64,000 bases of DNA from Chiloscyllium plagiosum (GCF_004010195.1 NC_057720.1:33346195-33410194), one strand, 5' to 3'; numbered from the stretch's first letter, positions 24,025 through 38,352 are shown. Notes: generated by a model not told the origin, from the sequence alone. Made by a program: numbers and translations.

Positions 24025-27000
24025 TAAGAGTACCAAAATCTATTTTACATTTGGGGCACATTGGGATGCCCCTGACTTAAAATTCGCAAGCCACTCCAGT
24101 GGCAAATAAATTCTGTGGAGTACCTTCAATTGCATCCTATTACAAATCGAAATCTTGCTTACGTTCTCCCAAATATCCTCCCACTCCTCTGGTGAGGTCT
24201 CCACCCCCAATTCCTGAGCACAAATTCCACACTGCCGCTCAATGTCCTTCAAGACATTTCCTCCTAGTAAATGATTGAGGGTGCTGACCGAGAGAGCACG
24301 GTGGGTGGCACGGTGGCACAGTGGTTAGCACTGCTGCCTCACAGCACCAGAGACCCGGGTTCAATTGCCGACTCAGGTGACTGACTGTGTGGAGTTTGCA
24401 CATTCTCCCCGTGTCTGCGTGGGTTTCCTCCGGGTGCTCCGGTTTCCTCCCACAGTCCAAAGATGTGCACATCAGGTGAATTGGCCATGCTAAATTGCCC
24501 GTAGTGTTAGGTAAAGGGGTAAATGTACGGGAATGGGTGGGTTACGCTTCGGCGGGTCAGTGTGGACTTGTTGGGCTGAAGGGCCTGTTTCCACACTGTA
24601 ACTAATCTAATCAGAGCGCCTGTGACCGAAGCACTCTCCTCTCCATATCCAACTTATAGGGACTAATCATTAATGTAAGTCTTTTTCTGTGTGAAGTCCC
24701 TAATCTGAAAATAATGAAAGAGATCCTTCCTAGATAGCTCATACTCCTGGCTCAGCTGCTCAAAATACATCATAACCCCCTCATCAAATAAGTCTCCCAA
24801 ACAGAGCCTAAAGCTGGAATCCATCAATCCCGATGGAAGTAAAAGAGGAAATTTTTTTGTAAATTGCCCTCACTTGGTCACATCATTCTCCATGCTTTAA
24901 CCGTGTTAAGGACAATCAGATTTCTGTAATGGTCCACAGCAGTCGTCATTTTGTCCATGAACAACAAATTAATGATGGGGCATTTTGCCTGGGAGGCCTC
25001 GATGTCCAGCCAAATTGACCACTGGTCCTGGTAAGCCCAATAATCCACATTGGTTAGTAGGGAACTTAGTTGGTATTTCTTAAAGTCTGGAAATTCCACA
25101 CTCCCCCATTCCCTGCGGAAGCTGCGATTTGGCAAGCTTAATAAGAGGCCGCCTTTGACACCAGATAAAAGAGCCAAGCCACCTGGTAAGCTTCCATAGA
25201 TCCTGCCAGGGCAGCATCAAAGGGAATATTTGCATGGGATATAATCAACGAGGAAGAACAATCATTTTAACCAAAACTATTCTACCCAATCAGGATATTG
25301 GAAGATCCTCCCAGCGCTGAAGGTCCTGTCTTATCTTCTCTAGCAACTGTACAAAGTTAGCTTTATATAATTGATCGAAGGCTGGGGTGATAAAAAATGC
25401 CTAAATACAGGAAACCTCCGAATGACCATCCGAAAAGGAATTGGATTCCACCCTATGATCAGGTACTCTAATAAGACCACTGATAGGCATGACTTCTAAT
25501 TTCATAAGATTGATTTTTTAGCCTGAGAAACAGCCAAATAAATTAATCACGTATCAAATGGGGCACAGATATTGCCAGGTAGCTAGAAAGAGAAGAACAT
25601 CATATGTGTAGAGGGTGATCTTATGCCCTCTTGATCCTACCTCTGGGGCAGTTATACTGGGGTCCTTCCGGATGGCCTCTGCCAATGGCTCAATCACCAA
25701 TGTAAATAGTAACAGTGAAAGGGGGCACACTTGTCGGCTGCTTCTGTCAATGCTAAAATTGTCAGACCTTATACCATTTAGTAAGAACGCTGCTTTAGGG
25801 TCACTATATAATACTGCCACCACTTGGCAAAGACTTCTCCGACGTCAAACCGTTCCAGGACATTAAAGTGGTACGGCCACTCCACCCAATCAAACGCTAC
25901 ATCCAGGGAGACTACCAAGCCTAGAATCGACCCATGCTGGCACACCTGAACCGTATTTAGCACTCCCCTAATATTATTAGAGGATCTACAATCCCTCATA
26001 AAATCTGTCTGGTCCTCTTTCATAATGAAGGGCAAGACCTTCTCCAGCCTAAATGGCAGCATTTTCAACATAATTTCGAAGTTCACATGTAATAACTATA
26101 TGGGCCTATATGAAGTGGAATCCTCTGGGGCTTTCCTTTTCTTAAGAATGAGAGAAATATTTGTTTCTCTCAGAGAGGATGGGAGGTAGTCCTGACTGTA
26201 CAAATAATTGTACATAACCAACGTTGTGCTGGCTAGTATGTCTATGAACTCCTTATAAAGCTCACTCAGAAATCCATTTGGGCCGGGCGCTTTACTGCTC
26301 AGGAGCTGCCTCACTGCCTCCTGTATCTCTTGGATTGTCAGAGAGGCATTCAGAAGAGACGCCTGCTCTGAAGTTATATCTGGGAGGTCCAAGGTCTTAA
26401 TAAAGGACTCCATCTTTGCCAATCTGTCTTCACAGCCCTCCAACCGGTACAACCAAGAATAGAACTTCTTGCATACTGCATTAATCTTTTTGGGATCACA
26501 GGTGATAGTACCAGCACCTTCTCTAATGGATGTGATAGATTGGGGGGCACTCTTCTTTCTGGCCAAGTACGTCAAATACCTACCCGGTCAATACAAACAG
26601 GAGATTTAGAGTCTCCTCAGAAAGAAAAGAATATATAACCAGGAGAAAGGGACGGGTGGGGGGAGTTGCTGGGACTCTGTATAAGAAATAAAAACCTAAC
26701 CGGTTTATCAACCATACTTGAATAACCACTGTTTCGCAAATGAGATCTCCCTCTTTGCTGTCTGGGTGAGCACGGTATTCAAAGCAGTCCAGAGGGCTGT
26801 AATCTACTGAAACTTAGTTACAGACGGTCTGTCAAAATATGACGTTCTGGCTGCCTTTAGCCGAGCCTCAAGCATATGCCACTTCTGCCTTCTGCCACTT
26901 CCAAGTCGCCGAGTCAGAAATAATCAAACCCCTTGCATTGGGCTTGGCAGTCTCCCAGAGCACAGACAGATTACGGGCCATACTGAATTAATGCCCCAGA

Positions 27001-28798
27001 AAATTTTAAATTCCCACAAAAAATACTCAGTGAACTTGCTATCCTTCAGAAGGAAAGGATCCATGCGCCAGCGCCACAGGTCTGTCCCATCACCACCGGC
27101 CTTAACCTCCACATACACTGCCACATGATTAGAAATGGCTACATTCCCAATTCTGCAGGACAGCACCGAATTCAAAAAGGCAGATGGGGCAAAAAACTTG
27201 TCAATTCTAGTATAGCATTTATGTGGGTTAGAGAAAAAGGTGAAGTCCCTACCCTCAGGATAGGGACATTTCCACACATCCACCAACGCCAGCTCTGTTC
27301 AGGTCCATCAGCTGCTGGATTGCAGGGAAATACCCACAAGACCCCTCGGCATCCAATCCACCTCGGTATCAGTCAGTTAAAGTCTCCCCCTATAAATGTA
27401 TGATGCGCCCCAAGGGCCATCAACCTGGAGAGTGCATCCATTAAAAATTTGAGGGACTGTGCTGGGAGGGGCAATATACACTCAAGATCCCATATTCCTC
27501 TCCATGTATTAAAGCTTTAAGGATCAGAAACTGCCCACATTCGACCTTAATTTGGTCTAACGAAATGGTAGATTCTTCTGAATTAGTATAGCCACGCTTC
27601 TACTTTTCAAATTAAAGGATGAGAAAAGCACTTGGCCAAACCCTCCCTGCTGTAACTTTAAGTGCTCCTTATTGGTTAGATGTGTTTCTTGCAGCAAGGC
27701 TACATCGACTCTTTCCTTTCTAAGGCTTGAAAGTGTCTTTTTTCTCTTAATTGGTGAATGACTCTCCTTAACATTCCAGGTGCACCATTTAAACGAGCAA
27801 TTAGCCATAGCCGTCCACAACAGCCCGTGAACCCCCACCTTGGGAGGAAGAACCCCATTTATAGCACGCCGAGTGAAAGCAGTAAATAGTTAATCTAAAC
27901 TTGAAAATACAACGACAAAAACTACCAAATCAAAACTTCTATCAACTACTTCTACAATGAACCAACATAGAACACAACTAAGCGGAGACTTTCCCCCTTG
28001 CCCACAGGGAGCACTCATACTACCCACTAACCCCTCCATGGCTCCTTCCAGCCCCAAACTGAGACAAAATAGAGTATTAAAAAGTTACACACATCTTACA
28101 AGAAAATTAAAAGTGGGCATTCAACCCATCCCATCCATATTTTGACCCTAAGCAATCCTGGTTAATAAAAGTAATATTGTCGGATATCTTATGAGTACTG
28201 AATATTCAAGTCCCTCAGCCTCCTTTTTACCTCATCAATGGTCTTCCTCGTGCAGATCACGGCCGCAGAGATGTCTTGGAAAAGCATAATTAGTGATCCT
28301 TTGTATATCAGAGCTTGTGGATCCTTCCACAGCACTCTAGACGCTTCCAGCATCATTTGTTTATCTCTATAATGCTGGAGTCACACCAGGACTGGGTGGG
28401 GGCACTGGTCTGATCTGGGCCTGCGCACTGTGATCCTGTGGGCCTGCTTCACCTGCTCTAAGGCATGTACCTGCCATTCTAAGCCCTGGACTCGGCCCGC
28501 CAAGGATCGTGCTGCAGTTTCAGAAGTTGCAGTCTGCTGCTCCACCTCCACAATCGCTGCCTGAGACACTGGATTTCCTGGTCATGCTTCTGCAGGATGG
28601 CAGAGATCGGTTCCTGTCTGGGTCTCATCCATCACTGAACCGATCTTCTCTTGGAGTTTCACAATCTCCGAGACCAGGCTCTACTCCACAGCTAAGTCCG
28701 CGGGGCGTTCATGGAGGCGGATGCCGCAGGGGTATCCGTTGCTGCTGGGGGGTGTGCCTTGCTGGTTGCGGCCCTCGTGGTCATTTTCCCTTAGTCAT
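24025..28798 (-). mobile_element. Near full-length, decayed L1-clade LINE (ORF1 about 28798-28190; ORF2 about 27808-24030)
   Basis: AP endonuclease start CTWNVK...ALLQETHL; FTFFSNPHKCYTRID..ISNH; KAPGPNG..YRPI; RQVCPLSLLLF..EPLA; YADD decayed to YTYD; C-terminal Cys region; ORF1 remnant with coiled-coil and FQDIS-like motif; many stops and frameshifts. Confidence 0.88.
24303..24611 (+). mobile_element. HE1-type SINE inserted in the L1
   Basis: Full copy. Confidence 0.9.
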
Positions 28799-28799
28799 A

Positions 28800-29850
28800 C
28801 AAGGAGAACTGGCCATTTGGATACAGAACTAGCTTAAAGGTAGGAGACAGAGTTTGATGGTGCAGGGTTGTTTGTCAGATTGGAGGCATGTGACCAGTAG
28901 TGTGCCACAAGTATCTATGCTGGGTCCACTGATTTTTGTCAATTGCATAAATGGTTTGGATGTGAATATAGAAGGCATGTTTAGTAAGTTTGCAGATGAC
29001 ACCAGAGTTGATGGGATAATAGACAGCCAAGATGTTTACCTTGGAGTACACAATGGGACCTTTATCAGATGTGTCAATGGACCAAGGAGTGGCAGATGGA
29101 GTTTAATTTAATCAAATGTGAGATACTGCATTTTGGAAAAGCAAATCAGGGCAGGACTTATACACTTAATGGTAGGGTCCGGGAGAGTGTTGCTAACAAA
29201 GAGATCTTGGAGTGTAGGTTCATAGTTCCTTGAAAGTAGAGCTGCAGGCAGAGAGGACAGTAAAGACAGCAGTTGGTATGCTTGCCTTTATTGGTCTATA
29301 GTAGAGGAGTTGGGAGGTCATACTGTGGCTCTACAGGACATTGGTTAGGCCACTATTGGAATACTGCATGTAATTCTGGTTTCCCTACTATAGGAAGGAT
29401 GTTGTGAAACTTGAAAAGGGTCAGAAAAGATTTACAGGGATAGTGCCAGGGTTGGAGAGTTTGAGCTATAGCGAGAGGCTGAATAGGCTGGGGCTATTTT
29501 CCCTGGAATGTCCGAGACCAAGGGGTAACCTTGTAGAGAGTTATAAAATCATGAGGGGCATGGATGGGGTGAATAGACAAAATGTTTTCACAAGGGTGGG
29601 AAGTCCAAAACTAGAGGACATAAGTTTAAGGTAGGAGGGAAAGGATTTAAAGGGGACCTAAGGGGCAACTTTTTCACACAGAAGTGGTGCATGTATGGAA
29701 TGAGCTGCCAGAGGAAGTGGAGAAGGCTGGTACTATTACAACATTTAAAAGGCAGCTAGATGGGTATATGAATAGGAAGGGTTCAGAGGGATATGGGTCA
29801 AATGCTGGTGAATGAGACTAGATTTATTTAGGATATCTGGTCAGCGTGGA
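28800..29850 (+). mobile_element. CR1 RT-to-3' fragment
   Basis: VPQVSMLGPL, SKFADD and C-terminal ORF 29404..29634. Confidence 0.85.
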
Positions 29851-30546
29851 CTTTGGTGATGCTTCATGCTCCCACCAGGACCTTGAAAAAATTTGTTCCT
29901 TTTGTTTTCAATTTCCATCCCTCTGTAACTTTCAGTCTTGCATTTCCGACACCTCCCTTCCTTTACTTGACCTTTCTGTTTCCGTTTCAAGGAATCAACT
30001 GTCCACTGCCAACCACTACAAAACCATGGACCCCGGATATTACCTTCACTTCAGCCCTCCACACCCCAAGTCCTGCAAGGATTCCATCCCACTCTCAGAG
30101 TTCCTTTGTCTGCAGCACATTTGTTCAGATGATGCCACTTTCCAAAACAGCACTACAGATATGGCTTGTTTCTTCCATAAGCATGGTTTCCAGGTTGACA
30201 AGGCCCTCAACTGGATCTGGCCTATCACCCATGCTTCCACCTTTGCCCATGACTATCACACACAACAGTGTGATCAGGTTCCCCTTCTCCTCACTTTTCA
30301 TCTCACCCACCATTTCAGACGAGTAGAATGACATCATCAAACACATCTTCCCACCCCCCCGTCTGCATTTCACAGGAATCATTCCCTCCAGAAAACGTAA
30401 GTCCATTCCACTACCAACACCAACCCGCTCCCCAGCATCTTCCCACGTGGCCGCAGAAGGTGCAACACCTGCCCTTCACCTCGTCCCTGCTCACCATCCA
30501 AGGGTCAAACACACTTTCCAGATGAAGCAGTCTTTCACCTGGACCT

Positions 30547-31120
30547 TGAAGATAGTGAGAACTACAAATGCTGAAAAGCCAGAGCCAATAAAATGTGGAG
30601 CTGGACAAAGCACAGCAGGTCAACCAGCAGAGGAGGGGAGTTGATGTTTCAGTCAGGACACTTCATCAGGACTGGGGAAAGGGAAGGAGGTAACAAATAA
30701 ATGGGGGAGGTGAATGGGGCTGGGGGAAATGTTGGTAGGACAGCAATATGTGGATGCAGGTACATAATTGCAATTGGTCAGTGGGAAGGGTGGAGAGGAT
30801 AGGTGGGAAGAAAGATGGAAGATGTTGGGCCTCAACACAGAAGTCACCAATAACCCTTTTTCTCTACCCTGCCCTTTGACCTCACCTAACCTATTCATCT
30901 TCCTTCCACTTATCTGCTCCACCCTTCCCACTGACCAATCACAATCACCTTCTTCCTACATCCACCTACCATTTCCCCAGCCCAACCCCGTGCCTCCATT
31001 TATTTCTCAGCCCCTTCCCCCAACCAGTCCTGATGAAGGGAACTGCCCAAAACATCAACTCTCCTGCTCCTCTGATGCTGTTTGACTGGCTGTGCTTTTC
31101 CCAGCTTCACATTTAATTGA
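30547..31120. mobile_element. Long palindromic pLTR element (family A-related, old)
   Basis: Inverted arms about 30585-30830 and 30885-31120; degenerate 15-bp TSD at 30532-30546 and 31121-31135. Confidence 0.75.
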
Positions 31121-31371
31121 CTTTTACCTGTACCTCCTCCAACTTTGTGTACTGCATTCACTGCACCCAATGAAGCTTACTCTACATTGGAGAAACCAAA
31201 TGCAGAATCTGTGACCCTTTTGCAGAACACCTCCGGTCTGTACACAAGCAAGAATCTGACCTTCCCATAGCCAGTCATTTTAACATAGCATCCTGCTTAC
31301 ATGCCCACGTGTCTGTCCTCGGCATCCTGCAGTGCTCCAGTACTGGAGGAGTAACATCTCATCTTCAGACT

Positions 31372-31601
31372 ATAATGTGGAGGAACTGGTGTTGGACTGG
31401 AGTGGACAAAGTTAAAAATCACAACGTCAGGTTATAATCCAACATGTTTATTTGGAAATATTAGCATTCAGAGCGCTGCTCCTTCATCAGATAGTTGTGG
31501 AGAATCAGGTCTTTACAACCACCTGATGAAGGAGCAGCGCTCCGAAAGCTAGTGCTTCCAAATAAACCTGTTGGATTGTAACCTGGTATTGTGTGATTTT
31601 T
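31372..31601. mobile_element. Palindromic pLTR element (family B)
   Basis: 11-bp TSD atcttcagact at 31361-31371 and 31602-31612; arms 31414-31500 and 31515-31601. Confidence 0.88.
31520..31554 (+). ncRNA. Minimal type I hammerhead ribozyme motif, intact core (family B)
   Basis: Stem I CAC/GUG; CUGAUGA 31523-31529; stem II GGAGC/GCUCC; GAAA 31544-31547; palindromic AGCU; UA cleavage site 31550-31551. Confidence 0.72.
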
Positions 31602-34600
31602 ATCTTCAGACTCGGCACTTTACAGCCTTCTGGACTTAATATTGAGCTCAACACCTTTTATTGTGAACCAACTTCGATTCCTTCCCTTTCTTTTCGCTTT
31701 ACTTGTTACATTCTCTTCATGCCCTCTCTCCCCACCCACCAGCCCAGTGGGATGGTCTGATCTTTCAAGTTAGACACACCATTGTTTTACCATTCTCATA
31801 TTCTGATCATTTAATCTGAACTATCAACATCCTTTCTCCCCAGCACTCTATACCGCACAACTCCCATCTTCCAACAACAGCATAAATGCTACCCCCTCCA
31901 CACTTTACTTCAGCTCTGATTAAGAGCCATCCAGTCTCAAAATGTTAGCTTGCTCTCTCTCCATGGATGCTGTCTGACCCACTGTGATCTCCATCATTTG
32001 TTGTTTTTGGGTCTGTGACTCTGACTAAATGGATCAAGCTCATCAATATTGATCGACTGGAAGGTTGATTGTATCCACTATTATGAAAATCTCTCAAACT
32101 TCCCATCCTTACTCTCTAGAGAATCAACACTCATTTTACTTACTCTTTTGGTTTTTGAATACCTTGGAAGTCAGAAATGCCATAAATAAGGTCACAAGTG
32201 AGAAATATTACAGCTAACGTACATTCCATTTTCTTGGCAACTTACACCACAATATCACTTGTGCTTTTGGATTACAGGCTTATAATCATTCCATGTAACT
32301 ATTATAAACCAATTAAAAGTAGCCCACGTTTCAGATACTTATGCAGGTTCCAGCGAATTATACTGAATCAGTCTGAGGCCGAAGGTTCTTGTCTTGGCAA
32401 ATAAAGCACATGTTAAGACATCAACATGCAAAATACTTCCCTTAATTTATATCAAAACAGTGGATGAAAGTTCTGTCAACAAAATCATGACAGGAACTAC
32501 TGCATTTAACTGTATAAATACTTGGCCTCTTATCCACTGGGAAACACTTTGCTGCTACTTGCACAGAAAGTGAATGCAAGCTTGTGCCCTACCATGACCT
32601 CCGTAAAACTAGCATACTTTAAGTTGAATTTAAAAGCTAATAAGAAATTACAGTGTCCTAATTAACACAGGTAAATTAAATGCTACAAACGGTATTTCAA
32701 GTAGGATGTGCATGCTTAGACAGCTGGTACTCAACAAGATGAATGAATGACATTAATTTACTATATTAAGGCACATATACAAGTATCACAGGACCAAAAT
32801 GGAATGAATGATCAGCTTTTATTCAGGAACTTGGAAATGTAACAGGCCATTAAACAAACAACTCCAGTTAAATGCAAAATATTAGCATGCAACATAATGT
32901 AACAAAACACAAAACTCAACTTAAACCTTTTGGAAAGATTAGCATTAGCCTCAGCAAACATTAGCCACTCTAAACAAGGGCTGCAATCAAAAGAACAGGA
33001 GAAAATAATAACTATTGGCTGGAATTCCACTTTGGTTCATACCAGGACAGGTAGTTCAAGTAACAGTGGAGGAACTCACAAAAGGCATCTGCTGTCTCTT
33101 GCAATCATCTCTAGCAGAGATTAATGTATATTGATCAAGAAAATGAAAAGTCAAGAGAAAGGAGGACAAAAGCCTTTTTCCATACAAACCTAGACTGAGG
33201 ATAGCTATCAGCATTTATTATACAAGTCCTGCAGCTTTAATATTACATTTGTAACATTTTGTTAATTTTCAAGTGCAATTATCAGTACAAACTCTTTTTA
33301 AAAAAAAAATCACAAATATTTACAATCATTCAAATTTAACAAATCACAAAATACTATTACACTTTGATAAAATTGTTAAAGGCAATTGTGGTTTTGGTAC
33401 TAGCCTTTCCCTAAAATTTGCTTAGGGGATTGCTATGGTAAGCAGCATTGTTGAGACTCCTGGGACATAAAAGGCTTAATTCTGTTAACACACCGCAGAC
33501 TCTGAGCACACCTGAACTACCTGTATCATATAAATTGTATACACAGTATGATGACAACTTTGATTCTCAGTTTACAATTTCAGGACGTATCATGAATTAA
33601 TGCAGGGCTCAGCAATGCCTTAGCCTGCCAGTTTTACCAGCAGCATTCCTTGCATGAACTAAGCCAGCATTCAAGCACCCAGTCTCTCAATAGCTTAAGA
33701 TGATGCTGCTGCACAATGTCTTTTGATTTTGGGGGCCATAATGTATTGTTCTTAGACCATGAAAGGCCAAAATTCTGATATGATCATCCACAGGAGCAGC
33801 CTTCAGAACGTCATAGGGTGCTGAAATGTCTCAGTGTCAAGTTTCACATGTCCACGGGGTACTAGTGGAGTGAATTAATTGAGGTCTTCTTACTTGTATT
33901 AAGTCAGGAGCACTAGCAATTCAGATCTCAAGAGCATGCAAGGACAACAATGTTCTGCCTGGCATTTTTGAGGGAGGGAAAAAGGAAAGCAAAAAAGATC
34001 CAGTGAAAATAGCTTTGGTTACAGTGGACATATTCACAAAGAAAATCACCAGCTTCATTTTTTTTTGGAGATCACTACCGGGTTGATTTTCTCAAAAGAA
34101 AGTGCGTTCAGCACCAGCTAAAAACCATTCAGCAGGGCATTGTGCATCATTGCTATAAGTGCAAAGTTAGCTGGACAGCATCTGGCAGGACATTTCCACC
34201 ATATTATTTTCTAGTCAAACACTTCATCTTTCACTATTCGGTAGAGAAGGTAATTTACATTTTCTTCTACTTTGCAGTAGAGTAAAAATTAAAAATGAAA
34301 TTGCTGTAAATTGAAATAAGGAAACAGTGCAAATGGAATTTAGATCAGTCAATTTTTTTTAAGTTAGGTTAAATAGGCTTCTGTGGGACACGTTTGGTTC
34401 CCTCCAGATTGTCTGCTGATATCTGTTTGCAAATCAATAAATGGTTAATGTTTTCTTCGTAGCAGTAGTTAGTATTTCTGAAGTAGTCACCTGAGCATGC
34501 AAATGCTCAACAACCAAGACTTATAAAGAACATAGAAGATGCCCACCTCAGGTACAAACAATAAAAACACAAAAAGGTCATGCTTAAAATTAGTTCTCGA

Positions 34601-34959
34601 TTAGTATCAATTGCAAATCAAGTAACACTAATGCTTTAGAGGTCCTTTTCTTAATAAATTTCATTATGTACTGTAATCAAATTAAAGGATAGTGTTTACT
34701 CCCCCCCTAAACAACCCACCCACAATATATATATTTTCATTTGAATTTAGAGGTTTTTTATACTTCTCACCTATATCTCATAAATATGCAAGTCGCATGT
34801 TAAGTCAGCTCTCTAACTTCTTGTTTGGTTATTAGTACTAGTCTTCAGACAAAGGAGTGTAGAAGCCCAATGAGAGAAAATAGTTGGACTACAATCTTCC
34901 CAACAATTTTCATCTCATACAGCAATGACAATTTAGTTAGGTATAAATGAAACAACATT

Positions 34960-35150
34960 GCGGAAGCTGGAAGTTTAAAACCAAAACAGAAATTGCTGGA
35001 GAAGTTCAGCAGGCTTGGCAGCATCTGCGGACAGAAAGCAGAATTAACATTTGGAGTTCAGTGACCTTTCTTAGCTCATTGGACTTGAAACATTAACTGC
35101 TTTCTCTCCACAGATGCTGCAAGACCACCTACTTATTTAGCGTTTGATTC
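34960..35150. mobile_element. Old palindromic pLTR-like element (family C)
   Basis: gcagcatctgcggacagaaagcagaattaa mirrored by ttaactgctttctctccacagatgctgc; related to 39514-39690, 4460-4590 and 18375-18490. Confidence 0.6.
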
Positions 35151-35564
35151 CACTGTCGTCGGTTGTCCTCTAGCAACTCACCATTCTGCCATTTGACCAT
35201 CAAATTTAAGTTTTAGCAGGCTTTCTGATAAGTAATGGAGAACTACAAGCATTAGAGAAAAGGTCAATTCTGCTTTCAGCTAATGTTTAAACAAGGCACT
35301 CCATTGTTCATTGTTAGAATTTGATCAAATACTTCAGTAAGTCACAGTATTCCCTTTTTTTTAAAGCAACTTCAGTGTCGCAAATTGTCACAAAAGGGGA
35401 AAGGATGTTGACACCAATGAATGAATGAGAAATACTGGTGAAGGGACCAAAGCACAAATGAAAGTAATATACTCAGGAAACTACAATAGATCAGAGTAGA
35501 TAACAAAAGGAATGGCAGACCACGAGTCAAAGACTTGAGAATGTGACACAAGAGAAAGGATGAG

Positions 35565-36715
35565 AAAGTGGCCCACTCTTCCAACCTGCCCAAGTCCTTC
35601 TGCAGCCTTCTCATCTCCTTAACACTTCCTGTCCCTCCACTTATCTTTGTGGCATCTGCAAACTTAGCAAAATGCCCTCAGTTTCTTGGCCCAGATTGTT
35701 AGTGTATAACATGAATAGTTGTGGTCCCATCACTGATCTTTGTGGAACTCCACTAATAACTGCTGCCCTCCTGAAAAGCCCCCTTTATTTCCATTCCCCA
35801 AGTTCTGCCAGTCAGTCAATCCTCTATTCATGTCAGTACCTTGCTCCTAACACTATGGACTTTTACATTATTTGGCAGTATCCCGTGCAACACTTTGTCA
35901 AAGACCTTCTGGAAATCCAAATAGATCACATCCACTGTCGACTTGCTCATTACCTCCTCAATGAATTCTAAAAGATTTAATCAGGCATGACTTCCCCTTG
36001 ATGAAGCCATACTGACTCAGCCCTATTTTATCATGCACTTCCAAGTACTCTGCAATCTTAGCCTTAATGACGGACACAAAATTCTTACCAACGACCGAGA
36101 TAGGCTAATTGGCCTATGATTTCCCATCTTCTGCCTCCCTCCCTTCTTAAACAGGAGTGTTACAATAGCCATTTTCCAGTCTTTGGGATCCTCCCTGACT
36201 CCAATGAGTCCTGAAAGATCACCATTAAAGCCTTCACCATCTCCTCAGTGATCTCTTCAGAACCCTGCAGTCTGGCCCATACAGTCCGGGTAATTTAAAT
36301 AACTTCAGACCTTTCAGCTTCCCCAGCACCTTCTCCACATTGATGACCACTACACTCATTTCTGCCCTCTGACTCTCAAAAGTTCTGGTATGTTTACAAT
36401 GACTGATGTAAACCATATACAGTTCCTCTGCCATTTCTCTGTTATCTATTACTCCTTCTCCAGCCTCATTTTCCAGCAGTCCAATGTCCACTCCTGCCTC
36501 TCATTTACCTTTAATATATCTAAAACTCTTGCAAACTTCTTTTATATTACCAGCTAACTTATCCTCACATTTAATCTTTTCCTCCCATTATTGTTATTTA
36601 TTTGTTCTCTACTTGTTTTTAAAAGGCTTCCAAATCTTCTGGCTTCCCACTAATCTTCACTACATCGTATGCTTGGTTTTGTTTTTCTGCTGTCCCTGAC
36701 TTCCTGGTCACTAGC
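35565..36715 (-). mobile_element. CR1 ORF2 fragment
   Basis: Minus strand AKFAD near 35650-35670; ORF 36234..36491 similar to 42060-42330. Confidence 0.8.
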
Positions 36716-38352
36716 TCAGGATCATGGAGACAAACTGCAAGTACTTTTAACACCAAAACTGAAAATAACCAGCACAGGAGAGACTGGGGATTAAACCTAA
36801 TCATTAATAAAACATCTACATTTATAAGTCTAGTAGAAAAATAGGGATCCAATTAGAATGATGTTTCACTAAGATTTTAGGGTTTATCTTTTAAATCAGC
36901 AATTAAGGAGTTAAAGTATGTTTACATTATTTAGTATAAAAATATCTTTTGCTCGTGCAAGAGAATGATTGAGCTTTCTGTTTACTGAGGGATCAAATAC
37001 AATGCAGTCCTTTTTGAAGAAGTGCCATTTTCCAGTCAAGTCAACCACAAGTGAAACGAAGAACAAGGTTATCGCAACTCAAGAAGAATAACATATATTC
37101 TGATTGGCAACACTCACATGGTGTCAGTATATCCCTCAGCATTAAGCCTGATTAGATACAAAAAAATAACTGTACACTGAGGATGGAATGATGATCACTG
37201 TTAATGTTATCCCCTCATGTCATCCCTTCACAAATGGGAGAGGTGCAAGATAGAAAAGAATCTTATGCAATAAAAATATTCTTAAATGCCTCATAAAGCT
37301 AACAGTGCAAATAGGTCACTTGTGTCTCAGCTCAATAGAAAACAGCTCATAATCATGTAAATTAGAAAACACTACACTAGAGGTCTACTAAACAAAGGTT
37401 GGCACTTGAGTACTTGTATGAATAGGTACAAATGATCAAAATCTATGTGTTGCTTCCTTAAGATACCAGTTATTCCCCTTTTACAAAACAAATTTTCCTG
37501 TAATGTGAGCTGTTTTGAGAGGTTGGAAAAGGGAACCTCGAACAGTGGCAGCCTTTTTGGTGAAATGCCCGTACATTGAAGAAGCACATACAAAATGCAG
37601 CTTAAAACAAAAACAGTTGCAGAGTTTCTCACTATGACTTCTAATCATCTTTCAACATGCTCTAAAATGTTAAATGTCCAACCCAAACCCAGAGAAGAAA
37701 AATATTTGTGGCAGCAGCATTAATTTGATAGCTTTGTATTTTGCTTCACAAAGATGTACCAGGAGGGAAGAGAGGGCTCTGCGCAAGTCAACTGAATATG
37801 AACAAAATTGAGTTGTGAAAGGGAACAATCCACTGAAATCTAATTAAATATAGTAAAACGCGCAGTTAAAAAGGTACAGTGAAGACTTTATGAGTGACAT
37901 GTGGTCACAGATGAATGGATGGTAAATGGGCATAACTGAAATTTCGCTGGAAAAATGAATTACCCAAGAGCACCTTTGCACCATGGTTCAAGAAAGTTAC
38001 AAGAATCACAATCATGAATTAAGAAAATAATGCATGACGATCCCCTGGCAACAGTAGCAAAGTCCAAATTGCTCTGCAGCAGTCAAATGAAACAACTCAT
38101 TTTTATCTTACAGTGCTGCCTCTCAACTGTTCCAGCTTCAATTGCAGCACTGTGAAGTAAATGAGGTGTCACTACCACTACCACCCCATGCCACCACTTC
38201 TCATCAGGACAGCCATCTGTACCAAGAGAGCAAAGCAAACTTTCATGCCCAAGCTATTACAGAACAGTGCCTGACATGGAGGAAAATCAGTAGCAAAAGG
38301 TGAAATCCACAACAGAACACAACCAGATAGATCCTATGGAACTGGAGATCTG

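Larger units (their letters stand above)
29850..32010 (+). mobile_element. Penelope-like element remnant (RT C-terminus, GIY-YIG endonuclease, pLTR), split by two pLTR insertions
   Basis: LDLSV..HPKSCKDSIPLSEFL..ICSD; 31141-31240 reads NFVYCIHCTQ*SLLYIGETKCRICDPFAEHLRSV; LEE*HLIFRLGTLQPSGLN joins across 31372-31601. Confidence 0.85.

Noticed and set aside
26589..26699. Possible spliceosomal intron in L1 ORF2
   Set aside because: GT-AG removal shifts the frame; a 5-bp duplication explains it as an insertion
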